A DNA stretch of 59,055 nucleotides from IMG/VR virus record IMGVR_UViG_3300021197_001961, positions 1 to 59,055 of that record; one strand, 5' to 3'. The translations under genes and the position numbers were made by a program. This DNA is from a virus. Its lineage: Duplodnaviria > Caudoviricetes. Under the pieces are notes generated by a model. It saw only the letters and a program-made list of their open reading frames with translations, was not told where the DNA came from and searched no databases. Below are positions 20,601 through 28,000 of the stretch, in pieces; positions within the stretch are counted from its first letter, which is position 1; each line of letters opens with the position of its first letter.

Positions 20601-21158
20601 GCTAGCTGGGTTCAGTGATAAGTTTGAAGCTCTCTTGTCTGGGACGCTGTAGATGTTATTTTGGTTATTAGAGCCTGTAAACGCAGAAGCAACTCTTGAT
20701 TCTGCTGGTAAGTTCGTGTGTGGTCCGCCCTTAAGAGAAATATATTCGTATGAAGCTGATGCTGGTGCTCCATATGAGCCAGTCACCCCTACCTGGGCTC
20801 CCCACCCACCAGCACATAGGACAACATATCCATTTGTTCGAGGATATCTTTTTTCTAAAATATAGTGATCTAGATAAGAGGAGCTTACTAGATATTCATT
20901 TATCTCCGCTTCGGACCCATCGTATGGATATTGAAGATATACTCTCTTTACCGCATCTTCATAATATTTTTCTGCCAAGCCGTAGACAGCAAAATTTGAA
21001 GCAGAAGAAAAGTCAACAGGGGGAATGAAAATTTGTGATCTTTTATTCTTATTCTCAACATTGGCTATCGATTCGGCTTCCCTGCCCAGAGAGTCTGGTG
21101 TCTCAGCTGATATTGCCCGTGTTGATATTTTATTTTTAAATAAGTCCTTGACGCTCAT
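11628..21158 (-). CDS. Giant baseplate wedge-like protein (T4 gp7/P2 gpI-like segment) with multiple LamG/ConA-like domains, 3176 aa
   Basis: LamG-type motifs TVEFWLKK..WHHYAITF..LYIDG..LDEFRYW and FSFSMWL..WNHFAMTY..FYINGVE..EASYWNKKLT. IYNNLVYINKSKGTEKAFRNLIHCYG resembles the gpI/gp7 KGT motif. Located two genes downstream of the gp6-like gene. Confidence 0.65.
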   Translation of the reverse strand: MSVKDLFKNKISTRAISAETPDSLGREAESIANVENKNKRSQIFIPPVDFSSASNFAVYGLAEKYYEDAVKRVYLQYPYDGSEAEINEYLVSSSYLDHYILEKRYPRTNGYVVLCAGGWGAQVGVTGSYGAPASASYEYISLKGGPHTNLPAESRVASAFTGSNNQNNIYSVPDKRASNLSLNPASGSTVEFWLKKSEFVTSLTEKEVVFDVWNNEATTLGTYGRLMVELSGAISSVSPFRITYASGTSGFKNHRIGLLTAADVADDIWHHYAITFVSSSTALTAKLYIDGDLNDTETTSSTVNEVTGALVASIGALRTSPTGSTYATQGWGKLSASLDEFRYWKIERTAEDVGRNFFTQVRGGTNTDDANVDLGVYYKFNEGITGISSNDSVVLDYSGRISNGSWTGYNTSARNTGSAMVSSSAALAEFEDPIIYSDHPSVTALLSELQDSGSVYDVNSNSNIYNSLPAWIQEEDSSGDLKNLVQVMASYFDRLQSQIKEVPKIKNLQYQSSSNAPAPFASNLVNSTGMTSPEIFVDANIMEMILSRDENRDYNLDIDEVKNRIYQNIYNNLVYINKSKGTEKAFRNLIHCYGIDEELIRLNTYGNNVTYELKNNFKSRAVAKNLVNFNTTENFDATIYQYADPSDSNTVSFISGTGADLLESYIGFTLEGEMIFPVPTDPCVENSFSSDFLTVSLMGMHRAEGTTPTDTTVPAADTADLRIIAVRPNLDSADAYFKLTSSISQIESITTDTYKDVFNNTKWNFAARLINTKYPLGDVITGVAGDSYQVEFYGVNMDLDIAREEFFLSSSVKANSAAIDFLHSDKRIFAGAHRTNFTGSVLQQSNVKLSNVRYWADYVSNAVIAAHARDTDNNGTLNPHRNAFLTQTSLTGTYIPEIETLALDWNFYNITGSNASGRFIVDDYSSGSTTEQARYGWYGNIVKAQHTGRGDFFGASDSNAIDRDYIYVARQSHPEIVHSSEMIRILDSDDEFFNRDQRPINYFLSIEKSMYQVISDEMINTFATILEFNNLIGDPINRYRQDYKLLEKARNLFFEKVENIPDLDKFIDFYKWIDSSLSGFLQQIMPSSAASSEGVQNLVESHILERNKYWTKYPTIERRSPTLTGSAPIPTDSGFASTAPSNQSSATTNQQYWQQRASRTEAPLATGDNTFDLSRQALFQALTGSYRRSAAYSFSAVTEQQKASPRRMIHGGINYAPSKNRNIVLNATSPQGPQAASGTPLNVMLIDNTDVIQPTNITGSGPEEKEKKFLSYKVSLRRDQELGSKTQGRDGYAGIMKGALASPFNLISSSVNTGYNKLVVENFSSGTMLTNLHADTTVASNDIPMQGPFTERHVGGHQSRHASINRYVSSRTTINKIDNKNVRGEAYQILLGTQYGTDDTFIGITEAQYPYPVGPYPEPGRKKAVYYRQEFAKRPVNIRNIKHTTASFDLGNYDKDYQIVQTTGRSLNNRYFIDNEGVQLPSLYHSGDSYTAINYLNTKQITALSGTLGAAGAPGYRISTDTSLNNPTAFSFSMWLSCSNATAQSTDRYLISIGSDNLSAFGRAMYIDTSNKMILKLGYTTTDGIWTSDATIWSSTGWNHFAMTYNNGDGDANFYINGVEAGGSFTTSPVGTFETPASDSTLLCRRNNSSGVITNNTSFYSGSAAEASYWNKKLTSVEIGEIYERGNAGDNEGPQDLTEHSAVANLVSWWRFGEDTSDTEMLINDQVNSNDAAGIALQADNGMELRDLTAADLLIAGGGTTSTVLRHPTLPATTNVNSLIGIRPQSANGGNFFGHHQTAPVETSNRFSGSTNFSVPDRGRNSDIIVNRFSAPGGPEVNSAGYLDLAASEKSVYNALPFRNLSVLGSGSGESNPTIRVMDHLDKQRGLRTLRALHAGQFGHDATYGSVTADNYITQPSYHKNNRNSLKRIGFSGIAGFDNHSYVSASVHDNDNVSYSIPRSDLQYSWITASYQTSRIVGHAWNDSIVSSSGGGFQQAISFVTSSHTGAAGISVDFANLNTLIVDPIDIANNIVSSSNSEYRNTAIGTMTPAGVLHGLLLHRNGAYGVNTWKQIRAGESALARALRKRNIISYVEGASYNYPLNVRSSSVAPRLGAISHFTESVVVSKYAPIEQELSVRALNADGTITTQDTIYDSTYANNRTGFTSNLLNNLYNVSPNSIQPYDELKALYLNGATEDPNSPVEEFISLTYKENVYPSALNMYSSSIRVRQNYQNKFWRDLRQSRTQKDLTIVKGFALTNNNLIKSQSMWSLDADEDFLTGRFTARTGTGSNAGLLQQRYNQFHSGTRANITASAQYARIHTVDRPQSVISPVGGYSASVGLELYQTAGNLPFTRAISAGATDELYGGMSLWEAGDQSGKKPWYDNYDDYISEMRLVGKDYSIIPEFRISEHIDRYVKDLGGNFLAENSVFLQLEGGTSDRDKSDEAQFYKTYTNSDFLKFFQVVRSEHSEVGTPTNLALSCKAIKKFLPYNGFYPAERTVQMSLQFSSSYATNVALTGSDSPTSSSGSVGPNAGLRAFTTPFFGPGILFNTIKSGVAVDYPMFSASVELHSDTSKTTVGATPFISGSGGIGRFHYRIPFEAMIEPENYVVDKDMADMEPSLSCSLMVTASWNGLGDSRYKMMASNFFAEVPDFFLPAGQFTSIVSRPENQFEQVKSGEQYAARVKMFKSLNVSTLRTGSLGYRNPMIPRDLKGDVYETFTMYSRPTAFGPPCGGGTHEPKLTAADGLNLPFTPPYYNGEAWADLIFTSPRNSTSDNPITLQEIFSPGNLSVSYRRVGNEWPAMVENVMYASGNVEYNALQLDASLNLFGQAQVKDLKYNPATGQPTEAQDSTENVWVIQPKFETPMFNFSGSEVTYPVFGSASVGVGMWHQYGTLPESPDRGVFLQIADIPENYIQKALGGTPSTTGSLVDLVGFGTDAKRLGAVAASKTVSEAVVAVPYVVTNGQREFFSIERQKIEKSLRIINFEEQPDINGQGNPGDSVINMVKSMQKYILPPRMDFLQNSDSVEPFSMYIFEFHHTFDQDDLVDIWQNLPPKIAYSFDIDRNDYPPTSQVISEVEIEHPLLADELLSGNLEDRLQWMVFKVKQKAKKNYFDKVIKDSRTQVGNFDRTLGVQVGREDSSRVFDPKYSYNWPYDFFSLVELVKLDAEVDIEPRED

Positions 21159-21160
21159 TT

Positions 21161-22804
21161 TTAGTCTTCTACTCTAAATTTAAACTCTTGAGACTGCTCT
21201 TGCCAATCTCCCACTGAACCATTGTAATAAGCAAATTTAACCCTATATGCGTATCCCGGCTCTAACATGGACATGTCTAGATCAAAGTAACTCCCTGAGA
21301 CATCGAAAGACATCATTGTATGGAGGTCGCTCCCTGTTCCATAGGGTATGGCTTCAACGCCATCGATCACCCTCGCAACTGAGTAGGAGCCACTCTCCAC
21401 AATGAATGGGGGAGTTGTCGCGACCGCCTTAGTGTAAATAGTTGGATTCCAATCTTTTTGGCGCGTGAAAACCCTAAAGCGAGCTGTTTCGCTTCTGTTA
21501 TACATTGGCTTTAGATTGGTTATATTGGTAACAAACTCAGTAGAGGGGTTTTCGGTTGATAGGTCCAATTTGACCGGGCTGAAAGAGCCTGTCCAATATT
21601 GCTCACCACCAACGCCCGTATTCGGGTTGTAGCGACCGGTACCCCATACGTCGAACACTGTAGTTAATGGTGTAGCCGCTGCTGTTAGCGCCACTGAGCA
21701 AGTGTATATGCCAGTCTGCGTGCTTAACCCGCCGGTAACAAAAATCTTAGATGGATCGGAGACATGTGTTCCGTCCTTAACTAGTAAAAGCTCAGACCCA
21801 GAGGGTGCAGTGTTATCATCTGACCCTGAGTAGAATGCAACATAAATTATGTTATCTGTTAGATCTGGAATATTTCTTAGTATACCTCTATGATAGTTAT
21901 AGAGGAATAAAGTGTGTAGATTTTCTTCAGCAGTTGATAATGAACTACTATAAAAGAAATTTCCCCTGTCGTCCTTCTTTGTGTCCTCCCAACGAGCCTC
22001 TAAAACAGGTCGCTTAAAGAAAAACTCAGAACTTCTGGCAAAGAACTTCTTTGTGTAATAGGATCTTCTAGCTCCATCGGTATTGACTGGGACGCTGGTG
22101 GAAGAGTCCCCGGAGGCAACATAGACTTCCTGACTTCCCGTTAGCTTAACCCCGATTCCATAATCGGTCTTACTTCCAAGCACGTTGCCGGAACTATTGA
22201 CAAACTGTTCCACCAATGTTGTGATATCGATCTCTAAATCCTCAGAACCATCATCAAAAGTTTGCGTAAAAGACGAGTTTGTATCATTAAAATAGGCGCC
22301 TCCACCCACTACTGAGCCCTGGGAGCCCCACTTGACTACTCCATCGGTACTACTCGAACCCATGTTAATCCAGTTTGTTCCTATACCATCGCGTGTTACA
22401 TCGGTATAATTGTCCATATCTATACCGTTTCCCTCTTGCCAGTTAAAATCATACTGTTTAGGGATATCGGAACTATGGGCGCCAGAAACAGCCTGAACTT
22501 GTAGGGTAAAATTCCTAGGAAGTGTAAAAGGGGTGGTTGCGTTAAACATTCGCAAATAAAAACTAACACTACCGTAGGCTGGTATTGTGCCAGCTGCACG
22601 ATCTGCTGCTATAGTATCTGTTGGAAACTTTAGCAACGCTCTGGAGAGTTCTGATGAACCTGAACTCTCTTGTGCATAAATTGAAAATATTTCCAAGGAA
22701 TCAGCGCGACCCATGTTAGAACCCGTACCACGAGTGGTTAAATTAGATTTATAGGCATTTGTGATTGTTGTGTCGGCAGATGCCGTATATCTTTTTAGTC
22801 CCAT
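21161..22804 (-). CDS. Putative baseplate-associated virion protein, 547 aa
   Basis: Translationally coupled to the gp6-like gene. ADTTITNAY..N.G..DSLEI..SRALLKF..KRPVLEARW pattern recalls DNRLRE-like beta-sandwich domains. SGS/TGS-rich. Confidence 0.55.
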   Translation of the reverse strand: MGLKRYTASADTTITNAYKSNLTTRGTGSNMGRADSLEIFSIYAQESSGSSELSRALLKFPTDTIAADRAAGTIPAYGSVSFYLRMFNATTPFTLPRNFTLQVQAVSGAHSSDIPKQYDFNWQEGNGIDMDNYTDVTRDGIGTNWINMGSSSTDGVVKWGSQGSVVGGGAYFNDTNSSFTQTFDDGSEDLEIDITTLVEQFVNSSGNVLGSKTDYGIGVKLTGSQEVYVASGDSSTSVPVNTDGARRSYYTKKFFARSSEFFFKRPVLEARWEDTKKDDRGNFFYSSSLSTAEENLHTLFLYNYHRGILRNIPDLTDNIIYVAFYSGSDDNTAPSGSELLLVKDGTHVSDPSKIFVTGGLSTQTGIYTCSVALTAAATPLTTVFDVWGTGRYNPNTGVGGEQYWTGSFSPVKLDLSTENPSTEFVTNITNLKPMYNRSETARFRVFTRQKDWNPTIYTKAVATTPPFIVESGSYSVARVIDGVEAIPYGTGSDLHTMMSFDVSGSYFDLDMSMLEPGYAYRVKFAYYNGSVGDWQEQSQEFKFRVED

Positions 22805-24612
22805 TATTTAACAGTTCCTATAATATCTCGTTCAGAGAATTTGACCTCAAGAATTACATTCTTTGGTATATTGACAAATCTTCCATCTGTTGACATGTTG
22901 TCCCTTATGTTATAGCCAATGTTAGAATAATCTCCTCCAAATTTATTAATGATTCGAACATTTCTAACGTCTGCGACACCGGGAATCTTATTCAAGATTT
23001 GGTAAACTTCAGCAATATCAAAAGACTCACCAATATCAAACTTTCTACTATTATATCTTTCAGCTAGCGCTTTATTCGCCGCCAAAACAAGACCAAGCTG
23101 TCTATCGGGTGTATGAGCCATCAAAGTATATTTAATTTGGATATTCACTACCTTTGCGTCTAAGATATCAATTGTGTCATTGATCATTTTATACTGACTT
23201 AACCAAGTTTTTAAGTTTGTTTTTACTTGACTGTTTGTTGTCGTTAGTCTGGCGTTCTTATCCTGCGACATTACGTAGAGATTTAAATTTCTCCTAAATG
23301 AGTCGGGATCGCGATAAATCGCACATCTTTTTATGGATCCGTATTGACCAGGCATAGCATAAACCAAAGCCTTGTAATCTTGTTCTGTGACCGCTCTGTT
23401 TTGCGAAGCAAAGTTGTCCATAATTTGCTGCTTTAGCTCAGAGATATCAGGGTTTGAAGTGTCGCCAGCGACAGGACTTAAATTTGTCACATCTAACGAC
23501 CCTAGGACGCTATTCCTTAAAGAGGTGCCTAAGACGGTAGGATCTTTAAAGACTAAGTCGGAATTTATAACCTTGTTGATTGCACCTACAGCTGCATTAG
23601 CATTCGTGGTATCATTTTTCCTGAATCTTATAGTTAAAGTAGTATTAGAGGGCGCAATGCCAAACTTATCCGTGTCCAAAAGTTTAGAAGGATCAAAAGA
23701 TTCGTCTGTAACGTAGTCGCGACCATTCCTCTGAAGGACTATATTGGTGGGGTCAGCCACCGATGGACTATTAGTCTCTGAATCTGATCCGTAGCCAAAC
23801 TGCAAAGCTGTCGTTCTGCGAGATCTCTTGATTGTGAATCTTCTTGGCACTACAAACGGCTTAACTATCGCAGGAGGTGCCTCAGAACTACTGGCACTGC
23901 CGCTTCGATTAGCAATGCTCCTATAGACTACATTTTGAGACAAATAGGGCACTTCATAATAAATATGCCCTTCTGAATCAGACACTGATAGCACTTCTAC
24001 TATATCCCTTGTAGACAGTGTAATCTTTCTAAATCTCTCAAAATCGGTTACCGTTATGGTCTCAGTGCCCAACTTGCCAGATACTACTGGACCAAAAGCT
24101 TGAATACCATAAGATGTGGGCAATCCGGTATCAACGTTTTGCTCCATCACCACCTGCTCGTTTTCCGGATTTTCAAAATTAATATCTTCTAATAAAATAA
24201 AAGAAGAGCCGCCAGTAGATGATAGTGTGGCACCTGCTTTAAGGATTGGCATATAATTCGTGTCAGGTCCAAGTCCAGTGCCGTTAGCTGGCACCTTAAT
24301 ATAGAAAGCACATACACCATAAGCAGAAGCACCACCGGCAAAACGATACCCCATCTGTTCGCCATGGTTTATAACATTATTATATTCAGTTGCTGAATCT
24401 ACAAAGCTCTCGTTAACTTCGTAATCTAAATAAAATGAAAGTATGTCGCCTACGTATGCGACTGTATCCAACATCAAAGAGCCGAAAGAAGCCTCACTAA
24501 AATCTCGGAAAGTGTCGGGATAGTACCTTTTTGCGTAGTCAACGAGGTCCTGCTTGATGCTATCAAAATCTCTGCTTGTATAGCGAATTGGCACTTTTTT
24601 GTTTCTAGACAT
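22804..24612 (-). CDS. Baseplate wedge subunit, T4 gp6 / baseplate J family, 602 aa
   Basis: YTSRDFDSIKQDLVDYAKRYYPDTFRDFSEASFGSLMLDTVAYVGDILSFYLD and FASQNRAVTEQDY are gp6 hallmarks. Follows a gp25-like gene. Confidence 0.88.
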   Translation of the reverse strand: MSRNKKVPIRYTSRDFDSIKQDLVDYAKRYYPDTFRDFSEASFGSLMLDTVAYVGDILSFYLDYEVNESFVDSATEYNNVINHGEQMGYRFAGGASAYGVCAFYIKVPANGTGLGPDTNYMPILKAGATLSSTGGSSFILLEDINFENPENEQVVMEQNVDTGLPTSYGIQAFGPVVSGKLGTETITVTDFERFRKITLSTRDIVEVLSVSDSEGHIYYEVPYLSQNVVYRSIANRSGSASSSEAPPAIVKPFVVPRRFTIKRSRRTTALQFGYGSDSETNSPSVADPTNIVLQRNGRDYVTDESFDPSKLLDTDKFGIAPSNTTLTIRFRKNDTTNANAAVGAINKVINSDLVFKDPTVLGTSLRNSVLGSLDVTNLSPVAGDTSNPDISELKQQIMDNFASQNRAVTEQDYKALVYAMPGQYGSIKRCAIYRDPDSFRRNLNLYVMSQDKNARLTTTNSQVKTNLKTWLSQYKMINDTIDILDAKVVNIQIKYTLMAHTPDRQLGLVLAANKALAERYNSRKFDIGESFDIAEVYQILNKIPGVADVRNVRIINKFGGDYSNIGYNIRDNMSTDGRFVNIPKNVILEVKFSERDIIGTVK

Positions 24613-24635
24613 TATTTTTTTACCAAACTTATCAA

Positions 24636-24646
24636 TATAAATAGTT
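24636..24646 (-). promoter_or_regulatory. Putative late promoter AACTATTTATA
   Basis: TATAAATAGTT on + strand in the 40-bp gap upstream of the gp6-like gene. Confidence 0.6.
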
Positions 24647-24652
24647 ATTTCA

Positions 24653-25036
24653 TTAACTTACGGGCAATAACAAAACATTAGTTGATTTTAACACCTTATT
24701 GAAGTAAGTAATCTTAATTCCTAAAAGATTCTCATTCATGTTCGGATTTGTCAACGATGAAGCAAACTCTACGTTCTGAATTGTTAGATACGGCAAATAT
24801 TTCAGCTGCTGTTCTAACAACTTGCTTCTAAAATCTTCAAAAGTCGCTTGCGTCATCTGCTCGAATAAGTAATTTCTCGCACCCACGCCAAACTCTGGGT
24901 CCATCATTCTTTCGCCCGGGACTGTCAAGATAAGCATTTTTAAATTCTGTGTGACCAGGTCATCATAGTTTTTAATTAATGTGATGCCATCCTCTGTGTT
25001 CACCGTTATTGGCAGTTTTGGAGCAATACCAGACAT
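24653..25036 (-). CDS. Baseplate wedge subunit, gp25/GPW family, 127 aa
   Basis: QNLKMLILTVPGERMMDPEFGVGARNYLFE is the canonical gp25 motif. SD GAGGAG upstream. Confidence 0.92.
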   Translation of the reverse strand: MSGIAPKLPITVNTEDGITLIKNYDDLVTQNLKMLILTVPGERMMDPEFGVGARNYLFEQMTQATFEDFRSKLLEQQLKYLPYLTIQNVEFASSLTNPNMNENLLGIKITYFNKVLKSTNVLLLPVS

Positions 25037-25055
25037 TAAGAGTTCTCCTCATTCC

Positions 25056-25063
25056 TAAATAGT
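25056..25063 (-). promoter_or_regulatory. Putative late promoter motif ACTATTTA
   Basis: TAAATAGT on + strand just upstream of the SD of the gp25-like gene. Confidence 0.55.
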
Positions 25064-25098
25064 CTACTTTAAAATTCAACCCTAATCAAACAATCGGC

Positions 25099-28000
25099 TT
25101 ACTTGCCGCTTCCGCCGCCGCCGATGCCTGGACCAGCACCAAAGCCAATCGCAGAGTCATCATCGTCGTCATCGTCGAAGGTTGTAAAAGAATCCCTAGG
25201 GGGAGGTTCGGGCGGGGGTGATGCCGACTCGGCAGCATTTGGAGTCCTCGCGCCATAACCTGATTCGCCTGCAATAATATCCTTGATTTCTGTCGCGCTG
25301 TAGCCTTCATCCGCTAGTTCGGCGGCTCGGTCTGCCACGGTGCCGTCATAGCCGGGTATTGTTCCACGAGGCGTTTCGGAAAGAGGGTTCTCTTCTCTCA
25401 AGCAAAGCGGATCTTCAAATATTATCCTATCTTGCATGCCAGGGGATAAGCCATCAAGGAACCCAGGTAGATCTAGCGCCTGTCGTGCATCACTAATTTC
25501 TCGACGTGATGGCGATGTGCCGGCGGGACTATAGTTAAAGTCGTTAGACCTATACAATAGGTTGAATAGCCTCTTCAACCTACGCTTCATATTAGGGAAA
25601 AGCTTTTTGCTCCACTGAAAATATCCTCCCGGCGGAGGAAGAGGTATGGGTATGGGAGGAGGAATCGGAGGCATGGGTTGTACTGTCCAGCCGTCAGAAA
25701 CGCCGATAGAATCCAAAAATCCTTCAATGTTGAATATTGAAGTTAAAGAGTTTATAGCCTTAACCGGGGCAGCATAGTCAAACATTAATCTGAACTGGTC
25801 GGTCTGCGTCATTAAGAGCGTTAGCATTCTCCAATTAAAGCCCTCAGACCTAACACTGCTTTGACTTTCTAGAGCAATTGTCCTAAACTCTCCAAATGTG
25901 CCGGTGAATTGCAGTTCCAGTGATTCAGAATATATAATTGGAATAGTGTATACTCCTATTCCGCCGCCACTAATACCAGAATGGGTATATAGGCGGTTAA
26001 CTATGTCGTCGCCGAAGGCACCCATTCTATTTTTAACTAAATCTCCACCAAAATCAGTTGGCTTGGGAACATAAACAAGCCTTAAGCCGTACCTGAAGGA
26101 GGTGAACAATTCTCTTACCTGCGTCGAGGATAACGAATCATAGTCGGCTGAAGCCTCCAATAGCTCCAACATCTCCTCTATGCCAATTGGGGTATTTGTC
26201 GACAGAGAGGAGATCTCTGCTCTGCCGGCTGTATTAAGTTCTGCCTTGATATAAGACTCTAACACGAACTGGCTATCGTTCTCAAAGTCATCTCTAAACG
26301 TCGCGACACCAATATTGGGAAGGATTCTTCCACCAACCTTTGGAACATCGAAGATGTTTCTGCCACCAATCTCGTAAGCTTGTTGGCGTAAGAAATTTAA
26401 TCCAGCATTCTCCACCCATCCGCCGGCGGGGGAAGGAAGGATTTCCTCTATATCATCAGATAATATTCGCAACTCTTCAGAAATCAATTGCTTTAAAATG
26501 ACCATAGCATATTGTTCTGTTTGCCTAATCGCTTCAATCTTACTCTCCCTGCGTAATCTCTTTAGCGTCATAAAAGGACGAGTCTGCCTAGCTGCACGAA
26601 GATCCTTTCTTTGGGGATACTGATATGCTTCCATTGTTGCGCTTATTGTTCGCAAGGCACTGTCAATTTCAGAAGTTATAATTGCTTGCTCAGCATTTGT
26701 TCTACGAATATAGACCTGTACACACTGCTCTAAAAATTCATACCAATATGCATATAGCTTATTCTCCCCGTCAGATGAAACTCCTGGGGCTAGCGCTGGA
26801 CCGCCAGGGTTTGGCGGTTGGCTCTTCAAGCCATTTCGAATCTTCTCAGCCATGTAATCAATCAAAATTTGATCATAAGTATAATTAAGATTTGTCTTAA
26901 ATTTGCCGAATGAAGCATACCCCTGGATGATGTTTTCTACAATATAAACACGAAGGGTGGTCAAGATCGCCCCCTCAATTGAAGCTAGCACAAGTCTAGA
27001 TAATGGTCTAGAATAGGGCGGCTGGCGAACAGTCCTGGGGTTAAGCTCTAGCCTCGGGTCATCTTCTGTTAGACTATACCCACGCAAAGTTCTCTCTTTT
27101 ATTGATTCCAGGTCTAATAATTCTTTTTTATCAGGACAACAGTATGATTCCACAGTCTCTGGTAGCAGAATATCCTTTAACTCTAACCAGCCTCCCTTTC
27201 GTGGCGGCTGTACAAAGATGTTTCCATCTTCTAGGTACACGATGCTATATCCCTTTTCTATCAGCTCTGTATCGATTGCTGGGTAAACTTGAGAATCTGA
27301 AATAGTGTCTAGGTTATATCTTCCATAACTGAATGCATTATTATTATCTGCGATTAACTTTCCAGCCCCCCTAAGTGCCTTCGCTCTTAAGTTCGCCATC
27401 AAAATATACATTTCTCTTGTATACTCTGAATATTCAAATGTCTCGGAGGAAGCAGGATTGGGAAACAGACCTGTTAGTATCATCTGCCTCATTAAGAAAG
27501 TTGTGCCAACATTCAGAGGGTCGTTCCTGCCGCCATACCCTGGCAAGATTGATGCAAGACTTTGCTCCATTTCCTCCTCGTCAAGGGCAGTTATACTACT
27601 GATAACGCCTCCCCCTGATGTGGTGACTGGATCGTCTAGAGAATAGGTTCTATCTTCAGCATCTGTAGAGGTGTATCTTATGGCGTCATATAGAGAATTT
27701 AAACCCAAACCATCACCAGAAGGACCAAGTAATGATTCCAGTTGAAAAAAGATATCCCTGGTGTGGGTGTTTCGAAACTCAATTGTCTTAGAGTCATCAA
27801 TTCCGCTCTGCCCCGCGCTACGAATATGCCTTGTTAGCCTAAACCTGCCCGTGTTGAATTCATAATTCATGCTAAATAAGGTGTCCCCATTAAGTTCAAA
27901 ATTAGCTATGACTGTTTCCGGCTGTTCCTCGGAGACAGTAAATAAATTATTTGAGGATAACTGGTCTTGTAAATATTTTGCCACAGTATCGGGTTTTTTT

